Made by a program: the position numbers and the translations under genes
Shown here: positions 50,489-63,818 of the stretch, piece by piece
How the letters are laid out: every line of letters starts with the position of its first letter
How positions within the stretch are numbered: the first letter of the stretch is position 1
Source of the DNA: Octopus bimaculoides
Taxonomy: Eukaryota
Reading direction: 5' to 3'
Assembly: GCF_001194135.2 (NCBI RefSeq)
Contig: NC_068992.1
Span: forward strand, 8,101,438 to 8,165,437
DNA length: 64,000 nt
The notes under the pieces: generated by a model
What the model saw: the letters and a program-made list of their open reading frames with translations, nothing else
Databases searched by the model: none
Told to the model about the DNA's origin: nothing

Positions 50489-52736
50489 NNNNNNNNNNNN
50501 NNNNNNNNNNNNNNNNNNNNNNNNNNNNNNNNNNNNNNNNNNNNNNNNNNNNNNNNNNNNNNNNNNNNNNNNNNNNNNNNNNNNNNNNNNNNNNNNNNNN
50601 NNNNNNNNNNNNNNNNNNNNNNNNNNNNNNNNNNNNNNNNNNNNNNNNNNNNNNNNNNNNNNNNNNNNNNNNNNNNNNNNNNNNNNNNNNNNNNNNNNNN
50701 NNNNNNNNNNNNNNNNNNNNNNNNNNNNNNNNNNNNNNNNNNNNNNNNNNNNNNTATATGATGGGTTTCTTTCGGTTTCTGTCTACCAAATCCACTCACA
50801 AGGCTTTGGTTGACCCGAGACTATAGTAGACACTTTTCCATGGTGTCACGCAGTGTGACTGAACCTGGAACCAAATGATTGGAAAGCAAGTTTTTTACTA
50901 TACAGCCATACCTGTGCCTAATGTATAATTTAATTATTACATATATATTACATAATGCATAAACACTCTGCAGACTGTGATAGTTAAATAAATAGGAATA
51001 GAATTTAGAAACCTATTCTTTTTCTGTGGAGTTTGGTAGCAAATGATCCACAGCCCCAGGACTGGTCTACAACCTGGTGGTCGATGACCCCGATTTTAGT
51101 CAATTTAATTTGCCCAGGTATGATGTAGATATTTCGTCGACCTTGTAAGATTAAAAAAAACAAATAGCAGATTGGAAGTCTGATCTGGCATAAAGTCTTT
51201 GCAATCACCAGAGAAGATTGTGATAAAGCAGGTCTTGTTGTTAGATATGCCAATTCTCTTATTCCATGCTGATATATTAATTAATATGTCAAAAATACCT
51301 GCATTATCTTAATCTTTTCAGATTGCATCTCTCTGCTCAGATCAACTTTCCATATTATTTTGCCTCACATGGTTAAAATAAATGTCTAATAGGATAGTGC
51401 TGGGACACTACTTTTTAATGTATATAGGTGTATATATGTCTGTGTGTATAAATGTGAAGGCATGTGTATGTGTGTGCATGAGTATACATTATTGCAATTA
51501 CTGATTGTGTTACGCAATAGTAATATTTACGAAATTCACAGCAAGCAAAGTTACAAAGCAAGCAAATCTTTTCGACGGCGACATACTAACCCTTTAGTTG
51601 GTACTTTCACTTGTTTGTAAATTCAAATGTGTGTGTACACACACATGCACATGTGCAGATACATGTACACCTTGTGAGAATGTGCTCAGTAAAGTTTGTA
51701 AAATAAGTTTAAAACTTTAATTATTGCTGTGATGAGAAATAATAAAAGCAAATAAATGGTTCAATGATGGGTTGTTCCAAGAACGGTAGTTCCAATCAGT
51801 AGTTCCAAGAACGGTAATGCTGTTTTCTTGTAACTGTGTGGTGATGGTCGTGTCTGGTCAGACCTTGGTATTTGGTTGTTCATGATTGTTTTTTTTAGCT
51901 CCTGGTCAGCTCTGTGCCCAGCCTCAGCAGACCAACCATGTCCATTTTATCATTCTCATGGCATTGCTTTTCTGGTTATAATTTGAGTGTGGTATGGATG
52001 CTGTTCTTAACAAGTTGACCACCCAGAGGTTCTCTCACTGATGGTTTATATGGTCATCTTTCCTTAGAGTGTTTTCTCTTATATCCATCTTGGTAGTTTG
52101 GAATTCAGAACGGTGATTCCATTTGCTTGGAGAAGTAAAAATTTCTTTGCAATTGTGGTTTTGTGTGGTCTTAACTTTGTAATGATAGTAGTGAGGCTAA
52201 GAGACTGGGATACTGACCACATAGTTATGTGTTCAAATCTTACACCATATTGTGTTGCTTCTAATCAAGGTTCAGTCTGCCTGGTTGATACGAGGTTCCA
52301 CTTTCATGTCTATCAGTAAGAACATCCAGTAGTAAGATATCCATTCTGCTTTTTACTTGGCACCAGCAACAGTGAGGTCACCAAGTTACTTGCAAGACTA
52401 TCCCCCCTCCCCTGGTTGAGGTGGTAGTAGTGTTGAGGGAGGTGGTACCTTTATGTCAGGAGAGGAGAGGTTTGAATATGAATAGTGGGATAGAAATAGG
52501 TGTCTTGCAATAGAGAAGAAATAGGGCTGCCTCAGTTGGAGAGAGAAAAAGGGAGAGAGAGAAGATGGTGATGCAATATGAAAAGAATACACGAGAGCAA
52601 GGATTCCTGTCGGAAACATTAGAATTCCTTGCTCGGCATCTCATGGTAAAGCAGAGGGTATGATGATGAAGATGACAGCAGTGGCAGTTTTCTGTATGTG
52701 TGTTTGTGAAGCGAATTGATTCCAATACATTACTGG

Positions 52737-52739
<3 letters not shown>

Positions 52740-52829
<90 letters not shown>
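52740..52829. repeat. Long (GT)n microsatellite, about 45 units
   Basis: Directly visible. Confidence 0.97.
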
Positions 52830-52834
<5 letters not shown>

Positions 52835-54045
52835 TAACGAAACAGTGTCTATAATATTTATATCCTTTCTTGGAAAATTTGCTAATGTCTTGTAAATAAA
52901 TGGAAAATAAGATGCAGTCAGTTCTATGTGTTGGGTGAGGCTGTGACCCGGCGATAGGTGTGTCATCATTTTCTCTGAGGTTGTTGAAGTAATTAGATAT
53001 AAAAAAAATACAAAATGGTTAATTCACATTAACTATTATATCCCCCCCCCCTACACACAAAACCCAAAATTGCTTTGTCAAAATCAAGTAAATTCAATTG
53101 TTATGGAAACCCCTGTTTGATCTCTCTATCACACATTCCTCTCTCCTCCTCTGATTCTCTGACTATTTCCATCTCTATCACTGCAATATTTACGCAGCAG
53201 TTTATTTATAGATATTTCTAGTCTCCTCTACTGTTAGTTGCTAGGTGGAAGAAGAGATAATCAATCGTTCAGCTTGTTTTCTATTCATTCTAAACTCTTT
53301 AAACTCTGGATCCATCCACAAAAGCAGTGTCTTTTGTGTCTATTTTTGGCACATGCACACACAAATCCATAAATTTATGGATTAGGCAAGTCCATTTGTG
53401 AGTGTATGCAGCAGTATTTTGCAGGATGCACTATTATTGCAGGATGCACAAGCATTGCAGAACGCACTAGACATAAAAATTGTTGACATACAGAGTTACT
53501 ACAATCTGAAATCTTATTGTCTTTAATTAAGATGTTATTGAAAGCATTTGGCTGCTATTTTTAGCAGGTCAAGCAATCATGTAGAGGTTCCCTTATTTAC
53601 TCATTCTAAAAATATTTTATATAGCAAAGCCAGTTTTTTCAGTTTATTATTTCGGTATTAAAAACGGCACCCTACTGTGACTAAAGTTCAGATTTAGATT
53701 GTGCCGCATCACTGATTTCGCCTGACTAGTCATTCCGGCACTACTCCGATTTCAAGGTTGGCCATCTAACAGCTGGAAGAGCATGCATTTGTAAAAGTGT
53801 TTTTCCCCCAATGCTGCCCTAACCTATTCCATTCATGCAAACATGGACGAACGGAAATAAAAGAAAATAGCTGAAGAAAATCATTGTCCAGTCATTGCTG
53901 CCTTGACAAAAAAAAAAAAAAAAAAAAAAAAAAGAAAGAGTGCAGATGTTGCTGTGTCGTAAGAAGCTTGCTTTCCATCCATGTGGTTCCTAGTTCAATC
54001 TCACTCCCTCCCCCAAACTCACTGCCCTTGTGCCTATGTTAAAAG

Positions 54046-54224
54046 CATCATCATTATCGTTTAACGTCCACTTTTCATGCTGGCATGGGTTAGACAGTTT
54101 GACTGAGGACTGGAGAGCCAGGAGGCTGCACCGGGCTCTAATCTGATCTGGCAAGGTTTCTACAGCTGGATGCCCTTCCTGATGCCAACCATTCTGAGAG
54201 TGTAGTGGGTGCTTTTTATGTGCC
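54046..54224 (-). mobile_element. RTE 3'-end repeat (family A)
   Basis: Reverse complement of the family A terminus. Confidence 0.75.
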
Positions 54225-55250
54225 TCTACAAGAATGGATTGTTATTACTTAGAATTTCCATAATTATTGTAAAAAAAAATTTTTTTTAATTGCAACAGAC
54301 ATGCTGATTACCATTTTTTACTGCAAATATTTTGTAATGGTTTAGTGATGAACTAACAAAATCAGTAGAACAATTAACAAAATTCCATGCCATATTTGGT
54401 AATGTCCATNNNNNNNNNNNNNNNNNNNNNNNNNNNNNNNNNNNNNNNNNNNNNNNNNNNNNNNNNNNNNNNNNNNNNNNNNNNNNNNNNNNNNNNNNNN
54501 NNNNNNNNNNNNNNNNNNNNNNNNNNNNNNNNNNNNNNNNNNNATACCAGTCAAATATCGTATAGGGCCAATGCCATTGACTGTTTCCTCCTCCCTAATT
54601 GGAAATCAATATTTTTTCATAGTGATTTAGAACAACACTACTTGTACAGTCATGTGATTCTTCAGAATTCTTATTGGTACTTTTGCAAAATAGAAAAAAA
54701 AAAAAGAATGTATCTTCTTGATTGAATTTTGGTTGGCAGATGAAGGGTGGGGAGGAGAGAAAGATGCCATGTAATTGGATAATTAAATTTCTTAAAATTT
54801 ATCATGTCGAGTTTTTAAAATTTTTTTATAGTGAATCTTTCAAAATATCTCATGAAGGGTTTCTTCCCAAATAAATTCTATTCTAGATATTTTAAAAAGA
54901 CTCATTAGGAAAACTCTGAAATTTGTTATTGACTGTTGAAGTCTACTTCAAGTTATTCTTGTATGAATTGGAGAAGGAATTAAGAGTGTAATTCTTTCAT
55001 TTTGCAATAATTACATGTTCAGTTATGTACCTTTATGTTCTGACTTTCCATGCTTTCCACTGAGGTCAACCATTGCCTTTCATCCTTCTTGGTTTGATAA
55101 AATGAAATAGCAGTTAAAAAAATTATTGATTTCATTTCTCCCAAATTTCTAGTTTTGTATCTGACCTAGAAGTTATTCAAAAAGTTAAAACGTATACATA
55201 TAACATGTATGTATGTATGTATGTATGTATGTATGTATGTGTGTATGTAT

Positions 55251-55297
<47 letters not shown>

Positions 55298-55981
55298 CAC
55301 ATTCATACATATACACATGTATATGTATATATATTATGATGTATGTGAATATAGATACACACATATATATGCATATTTTTTTTCTTTTGAAATTATAGCT
55401 ATACGGTGTAGCAGACGCAAGGGTAGATTGTCTTTTTTTTCTATTTCTTAATAAACCTCAGCAGAATTGTAATCTGTAACTAAATTTTTTATTTTTTTTT
55501 ATTTTTAGGTTGGATACATTTTTTTTTTCCAATTTGGTTTGAAGTGAAGTGTTTAACAGTTAACCGTGTATCATTTGCATGTTGATTGAGTTTATATTTG
55601 AACTAATTAACACCATTTTTTAAAATTTAGCAGTTTTATTACTTGTTTCTGTGACTCAATAGATTTAAGTAGCTCGTTTAAGAGGTTGTAGCAGATGTTA
55701 ATTAATAACTCAGCTATCATTTAACGGATACATGGTTCAAATTCCATCAGTGGATTTCTTGTTGCCCTCTTTCTGTCTAACATGATTTTATATCTATTGT
55801 TATATTTGCCTGTGTGTGGTTTATTTGTAAAATGTGTATGTACCTGAGTGTTACTTGGATCAGGGTTAGATGAGTACTAGAATTGCTGTTTTCTATGATT
55901 TCATGTATATGTAACCACATAACATGTAAAGATTTTAAAAGGATGCGGTGTGGCATTTGAAAATTTAATATACTTACCTCT

Positions 55982-56020
<39 letters not shown>

Positions 56021-56542
56021 TTTTTTTTTCAACATATACAATTATTCTAGTGTGTGAGACTTTTTCATACAGTTTTAATTGATACTTACATTAAAATATC
56101 ATCAAATTACTAATATCTTTCACCTGCTGGTATGGGTTAGGTGAATATAAATTAATGAAGCTTTATTTTACTGCCAGATGTCCTTACTGCAGTTAATTAT
56201 CCCCTGCTTTTCAAATCAGGGAGTTTCCATTCCACTGAATTTCAAAAACACCGAAGTAGTTGATGACTTATTGGCAGGAAAATGTCAATACACATAACTG
56301 TCTGCAGCTCAGAGAATTTTCACATGTAGTGTAGACATGTAGGCTTGTGTGTGTGTGTGTGTGTGTTTGTGTGTACACACATGTGCAGAATTTTGTTTAG
56401 TGTCCATTTATTAAATTCACTTAAACATTGGTCAACCCGTGGCTGCACAGTCAGGTAACCAGAAACCACATGGCTGGGAAGCAAAGTGCTTGGTCACACA
56501 ACCATGCTTGTGGCTGCTGTAATATATATATATATATATATA

Positions 56543-56741
56543 CGGAGATGTACTTGCATAGCAAGTGACCTGATCTGAGATCATGTGCTGGAACGAAAAC
56601 AGTTGCAGCATGGAAGGTGTTTATAAGCCATTTAAAATAACACACAAAGACTGTTAGATTCACTTCAACATTTAAATTTAATTTGTCAAAATATTTTTGT
56701 CGCTTTGAGACCGCGACCTGTTCACTGACAAAATTCTGTTC
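56543..56741 (-). mobile_element. About 200-bp element inserted in (TA)n with a variant hammerhead motif
   Basis: (TA)n flanks at 56523-56542 and 56742-56753; three-helix hammerhead geometry at 56682-56732. Confidence 0.62.
56682..56732 (-). ncRNA. Hammerhead-like motif with G3/C8 core swap; G12 position is A in this copy (probably inactive)
   Basis: Minus strand: TTTGTCA-GTGAACA-G-GTCGC-ggtctcaaa-GCGAC-AAA-AAT-ATT-T-TGACAAA. Confidence 0.6.
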
Positions 56742-57937
56742 TATATATATATAAAAGAAATATTTGAAAAAAATGTCTCCAGTACATTGTTCATGGGATG
56801 GACTTCAGTCCAAATTACTTTAATTTAAAGTTACTAATGCATAGATATCCCTGTTTCCCTTTCTCTGAAGTCTTGAGGTTTTGAGTTTATGTTTGAAGTT
56901 TAGTGAAAGAAAATCTGAATTTCTCTGTTGTCACCCATCCTGCTTGTTGTAGCAAACAAACTTTCCCTGCCAGAAATAACCGTTGAATTTTCTTCTAGTC
57001 AGACTTTGTCATCTTTAAAAATAGCTGGAGAGAGACATAAAATAATGTAGTCCTAGATAGGCTGGTCATTCCTGAAACACCCCTCATCCTACGTCTTTTC
57101 AATCAGATCTGACCTGAGATTAAACAAGAAGAAAATATTGGCCACCATCGTGTAATAGTGAAAACTTAATAGACCTAATATGCAGTATTGTTCTCTCTCA
57201 TGTTCCGCACTGCTTTACTGATACTTTAAAGAGAAGCATGAATATCTCTAAATCCAAGTTTCTCTCTTCCTATGTAGGAATTATTTTTATCAAAGTCTTG
57301 CTCAATTATTGTAAATTAATATCAAAATTTAAATGAAATTATGTAATTCCACTAATCCTACTAAATTCAAGAATTTCTTCCTTTCTTTTGTTTGTGTTTC
57401 TATCTAATGTATATTTTGTACCTAATGTATGTAATTATTTTGGCCTTTTGGTAAAAAGGAAATTGCTCTTATTGTTATTATGTAATAATGAAGTGTTTAA
57501 AGAAGTAGTGTTCAAATAGAAAATATGCAAACCGCTTGGCAGAATGTGTCATAAATGTATTACGTTCTGCAACAAGATTTCTGTTGCATCCTTGAGCAAG
57601 ACACTTAGCACTTCCTACCTTATCTAATTAAGAAACCATTATATTCATCATTGCAGTAATATATTACAAATTATTCTGGCTTCTATAGTTATCTTCTGAA
57701 TAATGTTTACTGATTGAGTTTGTATTCATTTCTATGCTGTCCATTTCAATAATTGAATTAGCTAAATTTTATTGATTTCCAATAATTATTGTTATTTCTT
57801 TTTCTTTTTTTTTTTGGTCGTTTGTTGTTTCAAAATACAATTCTTATTTTTTCTCTCTGTTTAATTATAAACCATCTTTGGAAATCATTGAAGAACCATT
57901 GTTAATACTGTTGTCTGTGTTGTCTTTGTCTTTGCAG

Positions 57938-58031
57938 TGGTTTGAAGAGAAACAGCAACAGGTTGAGGCATTGGACACTCAGCTTCAGAAGTTACATAGA
58001 AGTGTAGAAAACTTGGTGCAACAACGGAGAG
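57938..58031 (+). CDS. SNX2: SNX1/2 BAR exon (WFEEKQQQVEALDTQLQKLHRSVENLVQQRR-E), phase 0 to 1
   Basis: tttgcag acceptor, G|gtgag donor directly before an N gap. Confidence 0.96.
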
Positions 58032-58255
58032 GTGAGNNNNNNNNNNNNNNNNNNNNNNNNNNNNNNNNNNNNNNNNNNNNNNNNNNNNNNNNNNNNNNNN
58101 NNNNNNNNNNNNNNNNNNNNNNNNNNNNNNNNNGCGATGGTGTTGTTTTAATTTCAGTTTGACATTAGTTGAGCAAACTCTATGATCAAAGGTGTGCTAA
58201 CTGTGACCAGCTAGCTTTTTTTTTTTTTTAATATTCTGCCAGTCATTATTATTAT

Positions 58256-58560
58256 CATGATCATTGTTTAACATCCATTTCCCATGCTGGCATAGGTTGG
58301 ATGGTTTGACAGAAGCTGACGAGGTGGCATGGTTTCTACTGCTGGATGCCCTTTTTAATGTCAGCCACCTTACAGTGTGTGTGCAAGGTGCTTTTCACAT
58401 GCTACCTGCACAAGTGAATTTTACATGGCACCAGTATGAGTGCATTATGCATTTGCACTAGCACAAGTGCATTTTATGTAGCACTGGCTCCTGCAAGACA
58501 AAAACCTCTTGGCCAAGAGACGGAGTGGAGGCAATGGCCTTTATGGCCATGCCTGAATGT
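58256..58560 (-). mobile_element. Diverged RTE 3'-end repeat (family A-related)
   Basis: Begins catgatcattgtttaacatcc...; ctggatgccc and gtgctttt..gtgcc motifs. Confidence 0.6.
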
Positions 58561-59239
58561 ATGGGTTGTCAGGCACTGCAAATTGCCAGAAGTCTCAATC
58601 CTTTGTTATCTCCTTAGTGGGGCCCAGCATCAGAAGATCCTTTCTCACCAACAAACGTAATTTTTGGTTAAAACACTAAAAATCCAGTAAAGAGAAGGAA
58701 ACACAACACCAGTAGACTCTGGGTAGCCAACTGTTAGAATAACTGATGCCACAATCCACATGCGTGTACAAACTTGCAAAAGAAATACTTCCTACACTAG
58801 AATAGTTGTCAAGATGTTAAATTGTAGAAAAAGAATTAGATGATGGTGCAGGCATGACTTTGTAGATATCAAATTTGCTTCATAGCGATGTTTTTTAGAT
58901 TCTATCCTTCCACATAGCTTTCTGGGCAAGTGTCTTCTATCATAGTCTTGGATTAACCACAACCTTTGAGTGAAATTGGTTGATGGAAACTATAAGGAAG
59001 CCCATTAAATGTATGAGTCTGTGAATGTTTACATTCCACATGTCCTTGCTGGACATCATGAGTAGAATAGTGATGTTATGTTTACATCCCTTTGTGCTGT
59101 TGATTTGTAAGTACAGGAAAATTTTGCCTCTGTAAGTGTTTGTACAACCCATACTAGCATGGAAAATTGAACATAAAATGAATGAAATGCCTTTATATTA
59201 TGAAAGTTAAATTATTTTTGTTTGTTTTTTGTTATTCAG

Positions 59240-59445
59240 AGTTGTGTTTAAGCACTGGTCAATTTGCCAAAAGTGCTGCAATGTTGGGCAATGCTGAAGA
59301 GCACACAGCTTTGTCACGGGCCCTGTCACAGTTAGCTGAGACTGAAGAGAAAGTAGAGCTGTTGCATAAAGATCAAGCCGACCAGGACTACTATGTTATT
59401 TCGGAGCTGCTGAAGGATTACATCAACTTGATACAGTCAGTGAAG
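59240..59445 (+). CDS. SNX2: SNX1/2 BAR exon (E-LCLSTGQFAKSAAMLGNAEEHTALSRALSQLAE...DYINLIQSVK), phase 1 to 0
   Basis: ttattcag acceptor, AAG|gtctgt donor; strong SNX1/2 BAR similarity. Confidence 0.96.
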
Positions 59446-60318
59446 GTCTGTTATCTCTTTCATCAAATTGACTGATTGACTTTTTTTATGTGACAGTGTA
59501 TTTTATGTTTGTTTGAACTTGAGTCATTATGCATTTGTTAGTGTACTTAAACCAATATTAATTGGTGCTTCTATGTGTGTGTATTTAGGTTAAGCTCCTT
59601 GGATCATAATCCTAAACTTCATGTTGTCAGTTATTGAAATATTTGAAGTAAAGAAGCAGCTATATAGGCAAAAATATTTGCAAACACATGAAGATACATC
59701 ACAGAATCATCTGTTCAATTCTCATCTTTAGAACAAGTGAAATATTCATCTGTTGACATGAAAAATTGCATATTTCCATGCTTTCGGTATCAAATATAAA
59801 ACATGAAAGCAAAGAAAATAGTAATTGTTAGAGCAGTTTTAGTGTGGCTGAACAGATGATTTTTTTTTTTTAATTATATGCTTATTTGATTCATCAACAC
59901 TAAAACTTCATTATCAAAAGCTAATGAAGACTTGCAAATATATTTTTGCAAATGAATAGACAATTATTTCCTATGTGAATCTATGCTGTACTTTTCTTTT
60001 TATTCTAATTATATAGCATGTTCTGCATATTGTAATTCAATAGATGAATGTGTGACTATTTTATAATGGTTTTACAGCAACCAACCAAATGTAGCTAATG
60101 TAGGCTCATTCTGATGTGTTTGTGAATGTTTTTACTTACATATTATTGTTCCTACTCTAAACTGCTGTAAAATCAGTGTAACCCAGCTATATATTTCACT
60201 CTGAGAGAGAGAGCGAGCGAGTTTGTATGTATGTGACTGAGTTATTAATTTCATGTTTTTCTTTGTAATTCCTTCTGGAATTTAATCATATTTGATATAT
60301 TTTATCTCCAATTGCCAG

Positions 60319-60462
60319 GATGTTTTCCATGAACGTGTCAAATGTTATAAAAACTGGAAGGATGCTGAAGTGATGTTGGCCAGAAAACGAGAGAACAAGG
60401 CTCGTCTTGAAGTGGCCCATAAAACTGATAAATTATCTCAAGCCCAGCAAGAAATTACAGAG
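60319..60462 (+). CDS. SNX2: SNX1/2 BAR exon (DVFHERVKCYKNWKDAEVMLARKRE...QAQQEITE), phase 0 to 0
   Basis: ttgccag acceptor, GAG|gtaaat donor, 48 codons. Confidence 0.95.
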
Positions 60463-62812
60463 GTAAATCAAACTTAATAAATATTATCTTACTTTACTTC
60501 TTACTTCATAAGATTATAGATGTATGTCAGAAATGGTTTTAGAGCTGTAGAATATAAGATGGGCTTTCAGTTTCTATGTACTAAGTTCAGTCTGAAGGCT
60601 TTGGCTATACTAGAAGACACCTGCCCCTAATGCTATGCTGTGGTACTGAACCTGAGACAGAGCTTTGCGCTCTTTGAGTGCTCTTGTTGATTAACTTCAT
60701 TGAAAGATTGGCTGGAAAAGTTCCTTAGAGACCCCCTAAAAATCAAGAGGTAAACTATAGCATTAAATGGAAATTGGTTTGTGTCACTAAACCGTACAGG
60801 CAAGATATTGTTCTCAAATCTCCTACCTTTCCTCTACAGAAGTTCTGAACTAACCTCAAGCTGTATACATAAATATGTATGCTAAAATATTTTAAGTTAT
60901 TTATAAGTTACTGAAGAATATAAACTTCATATGTCAGTATATCCACCCCACCAAGAAAATTAAGTAAAATAAACTATATTTATATATTCAATATACAGAC
61001 AGTTTTACTTCTGAAGAAGGTTTATTGGTATATACAATTTCTGTGTAATCTATATTAATTAAACTGTAAAGAACTTTCATGATTAATAATGCATCTCATA
61101 ATTAATTCAATATAATATACACACCACTGATAGTCTAATTCTTATTCTATTATAATATTGGCTCATTTCCCCAATATTTAAAGCAATATATCATTTTATT
61201 ATCTTAAAAACATACCCGTACCTGCATATATTTATATCAACAATATCACTGAATCCTCTACTATAAATTTCTTTCTTGGCGCTTTTGTTTTTAACTTGAT
61301 GGCCTTTTCTAAAAAAAGACCTTTAGATCTTGGATCTCAGTGTAATGCATCACCATTACATCAAGCTCATTTATATTTAATGTGATTCTTTCAAACTTTG
61401 TGATTTATAAATGAATTCACCAATTCAAATCTGCTGCTGAATGTAACATTCTTCACCTTACTACACATAATGTAATTATCTAATTTGAGATTGTGCAATG
61501 CAAGGACAAAGCATATTATACATACACCGGTTCTTATTTCACACAGTTCTTTACTTTCACTGTGCTATTTAATTATCTGACATTCAATGTTATTTTCTAT
61601 TACACTTCTTCTCAAAAATATATCATCATCGTCCTCATCATTGTCTTTTTCCATGATTTGCATGAGTCGGACAGAATTTGTTGAGGCAAATTTTCTATGA
61701 CTGGATATCCTTCCTCTTGCCAAATCCCACCTGTTTCCAAACAGGGTAATATTTTCCCAAGGCCAGACCTGTATTTCATGAAAGACTAGAAACAAACAAT
61801 CTTGCTTGTATGACAATGTTGCTCATTTATAATCATGTGATGTCTAATCAAGGATACACATGCATGCGCACACATGTACATACATACTTATATATATATA
61901 TACACACACACACACACATACTTATATATACATTATATATATACATATTTATATAATGGACTTCTTTCAGTTTCTGTCTATCAAATCCACTCAATAGGCT
62001 TTGATCAGCCTATTGCTATAGTAAAAGATACTTGACCAAGGTGTTGCACAGTGGGACTGAACTCATGACCTCATGGTTGAGAAGGTAGCTTCTTAACTGC
62101 ATGGCCATGCCTGTGCCTTCATATAATTTAAAACACTCAAGATTTGAAGCCATTGCTCACTTTCTATCTTTTGATGTCCAACTTCATTGGCTTGGAACTT
62201 AAAATCTTAGAGTTTCACAATCAACAACACACTACACTTATCCATACTGAAGCAATGCATTGGCTGTAAAACTGCTCATTTTTACAAATGATTCAAAGAA
62301 GTCATCAAATGTCATTAACCTCATTAAACAACAGACTCATTGTTGTTTATACTAACACTTCTGAAGGTTTTCTGTAAGTAAGACCCACACATATGTCCCA
62401 AATACTTTTATCAGTGTGTTTATTTCCACAGTTTATCATATTGTAATTTATGTATCTATGCATGTTTATTTATACACCATTCATGTAATTTCATTTCATT
62501 TTATCTATTTTCTTTTGAGTCTCTCATTTCGTTTCATTTTATTTTTATCTGTAATTACTTGCTTGTATCTTGACCTGTTTTAATTCGTGACATATTAAAA
62601 TTCCTCTTTTCCATTTGCCTCCTCCTATTAATCATTATTCCCTGTCATAACCCTTTACTCGTTACTGCAATATGCTTGCAGGTGACTTTAATTACAATTT
62701 TTGATAATTTGCCCTTTGAAACCACAAATTGTAATCTTAAACTGTTTCATCAACTTATGTGGTTTAAATTATGTTTGTATCTGTATGATTTATTTATGTG
62801 TGTGTGTGTGTG

Positions 62813-62940
62813 TGGCTACACCAGGCTCCAATCAGATTGGAGCCTGGTGTAGCCATCTGGTTCACCAGGCCTCAGTCAAATTGTCCAGCCCATGCTAGCA
62901 TGGAAAGCGGATGTTAAACAATGATGATGATGATGATGAT
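62813..62940 (+). mobile_element. 5'-truncated family A copy with a 21-bp fold-back at its 5' end
   Basis: TGGCTACACCAGGCTCCAATC-A-GATTGGAGCCTGGTGTAGCCA, then the normal terminus and (GAT)n. Confidence 0.85.
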
Positions 62941-63439
62941 GGTGTGTGTGTGTGTGTAAAGTCAAAAACTAAAATTTATGATATTGACTTTAATTCTGTA
63001 ATTACAATCGTTTCATCACAACATGGGAAAATACATTTCTTGAATATAAATATTGATTTCAAATTTTGGCACAAGACTGGCAATTTCAGGGAGAGAGTAA
63101 CTTGATTAGATTGACCCCAGTACTCAACTGGTATTTATTTTAATGACCCCAAAACAATGAAAGGCAGATGAAATGCTGCTAAGCATTTTGCCGGTGTGGT
63201 AAAGCTTTGGTCAGCCCAGGGCTATAGTAAACACTTGCCCAAGTTGCTGTACTGTGGGACTGAACTTAGGACTGCATGGTTGGGAAGGAAGCTTCTTAAC
63301 TACACAGCCTGTGCCAAAACTGTTTATTTCTAAATCCTCTGAATGCCTTGTGCCACTATGGATCTCTAATTGGAAAGTTCCTTTTCAAATTGAAAGTCTT
63401 TTTTTTTTTTTTAACCCCTCAAGCCTAGCAGTTGCTAAT

Positions 63440-63690
63440 GAAAGTTTTTTCACCAAGTTCCAATCTGATCTGGCAGAGTTTCTACAGCTGGATGCCCTTC
63501 CTAACGCCAACCACTCCAAGTGGTGGGTGGTTTTTATGTGCCACTGGCACCAAGTACCAGTTACATAACACTGGCATTGGCCACTGTTATATGATCTCAC
63601 TTGGCTTGACAGGTCTTCTCAAGCACAGCACATTGCCCATTGTTTAAAGGGTGCTTTTTTATGTGCCAGTTACACAACACTGTTATCAGC
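63440..63690 (-). mobile_element. RTE 3' UTR fragment reaching the ORF2 end
   Basis: caggtcttctcaagcacagca is close to the reverse complement of tgctgtgattgagaagacctgg at the ORF2 end near 38026-38048. Confidence 0.7.
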
Positions 63691-63818
63691 CTTGACTATT
63701 CATGTATATTTATATACATGTACACATACACCCATACTCACATACATAAACATATACATAGTTATATGTACACATAAATGCCTGTATGAATCTATATTTC
63801 ATTGCGTTCTCTTTTCAG

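Noticed and set aside
51047-51117. DDPDFSQF reading resembling SNX DPDLRQFL
   Set aside because: Acceptor phases are incompatible, the flanking residues do not match, and the DNA resembles a hAT-MITE terminus.
53650-53933. Poly(A)26-terminated segment as a processed pseudogene
   Set aside because: No ORF or TSD, AATAAA is about 46 nt from the A-run, and the sequence resembles a diverged RTE-type tail next to a SINE.
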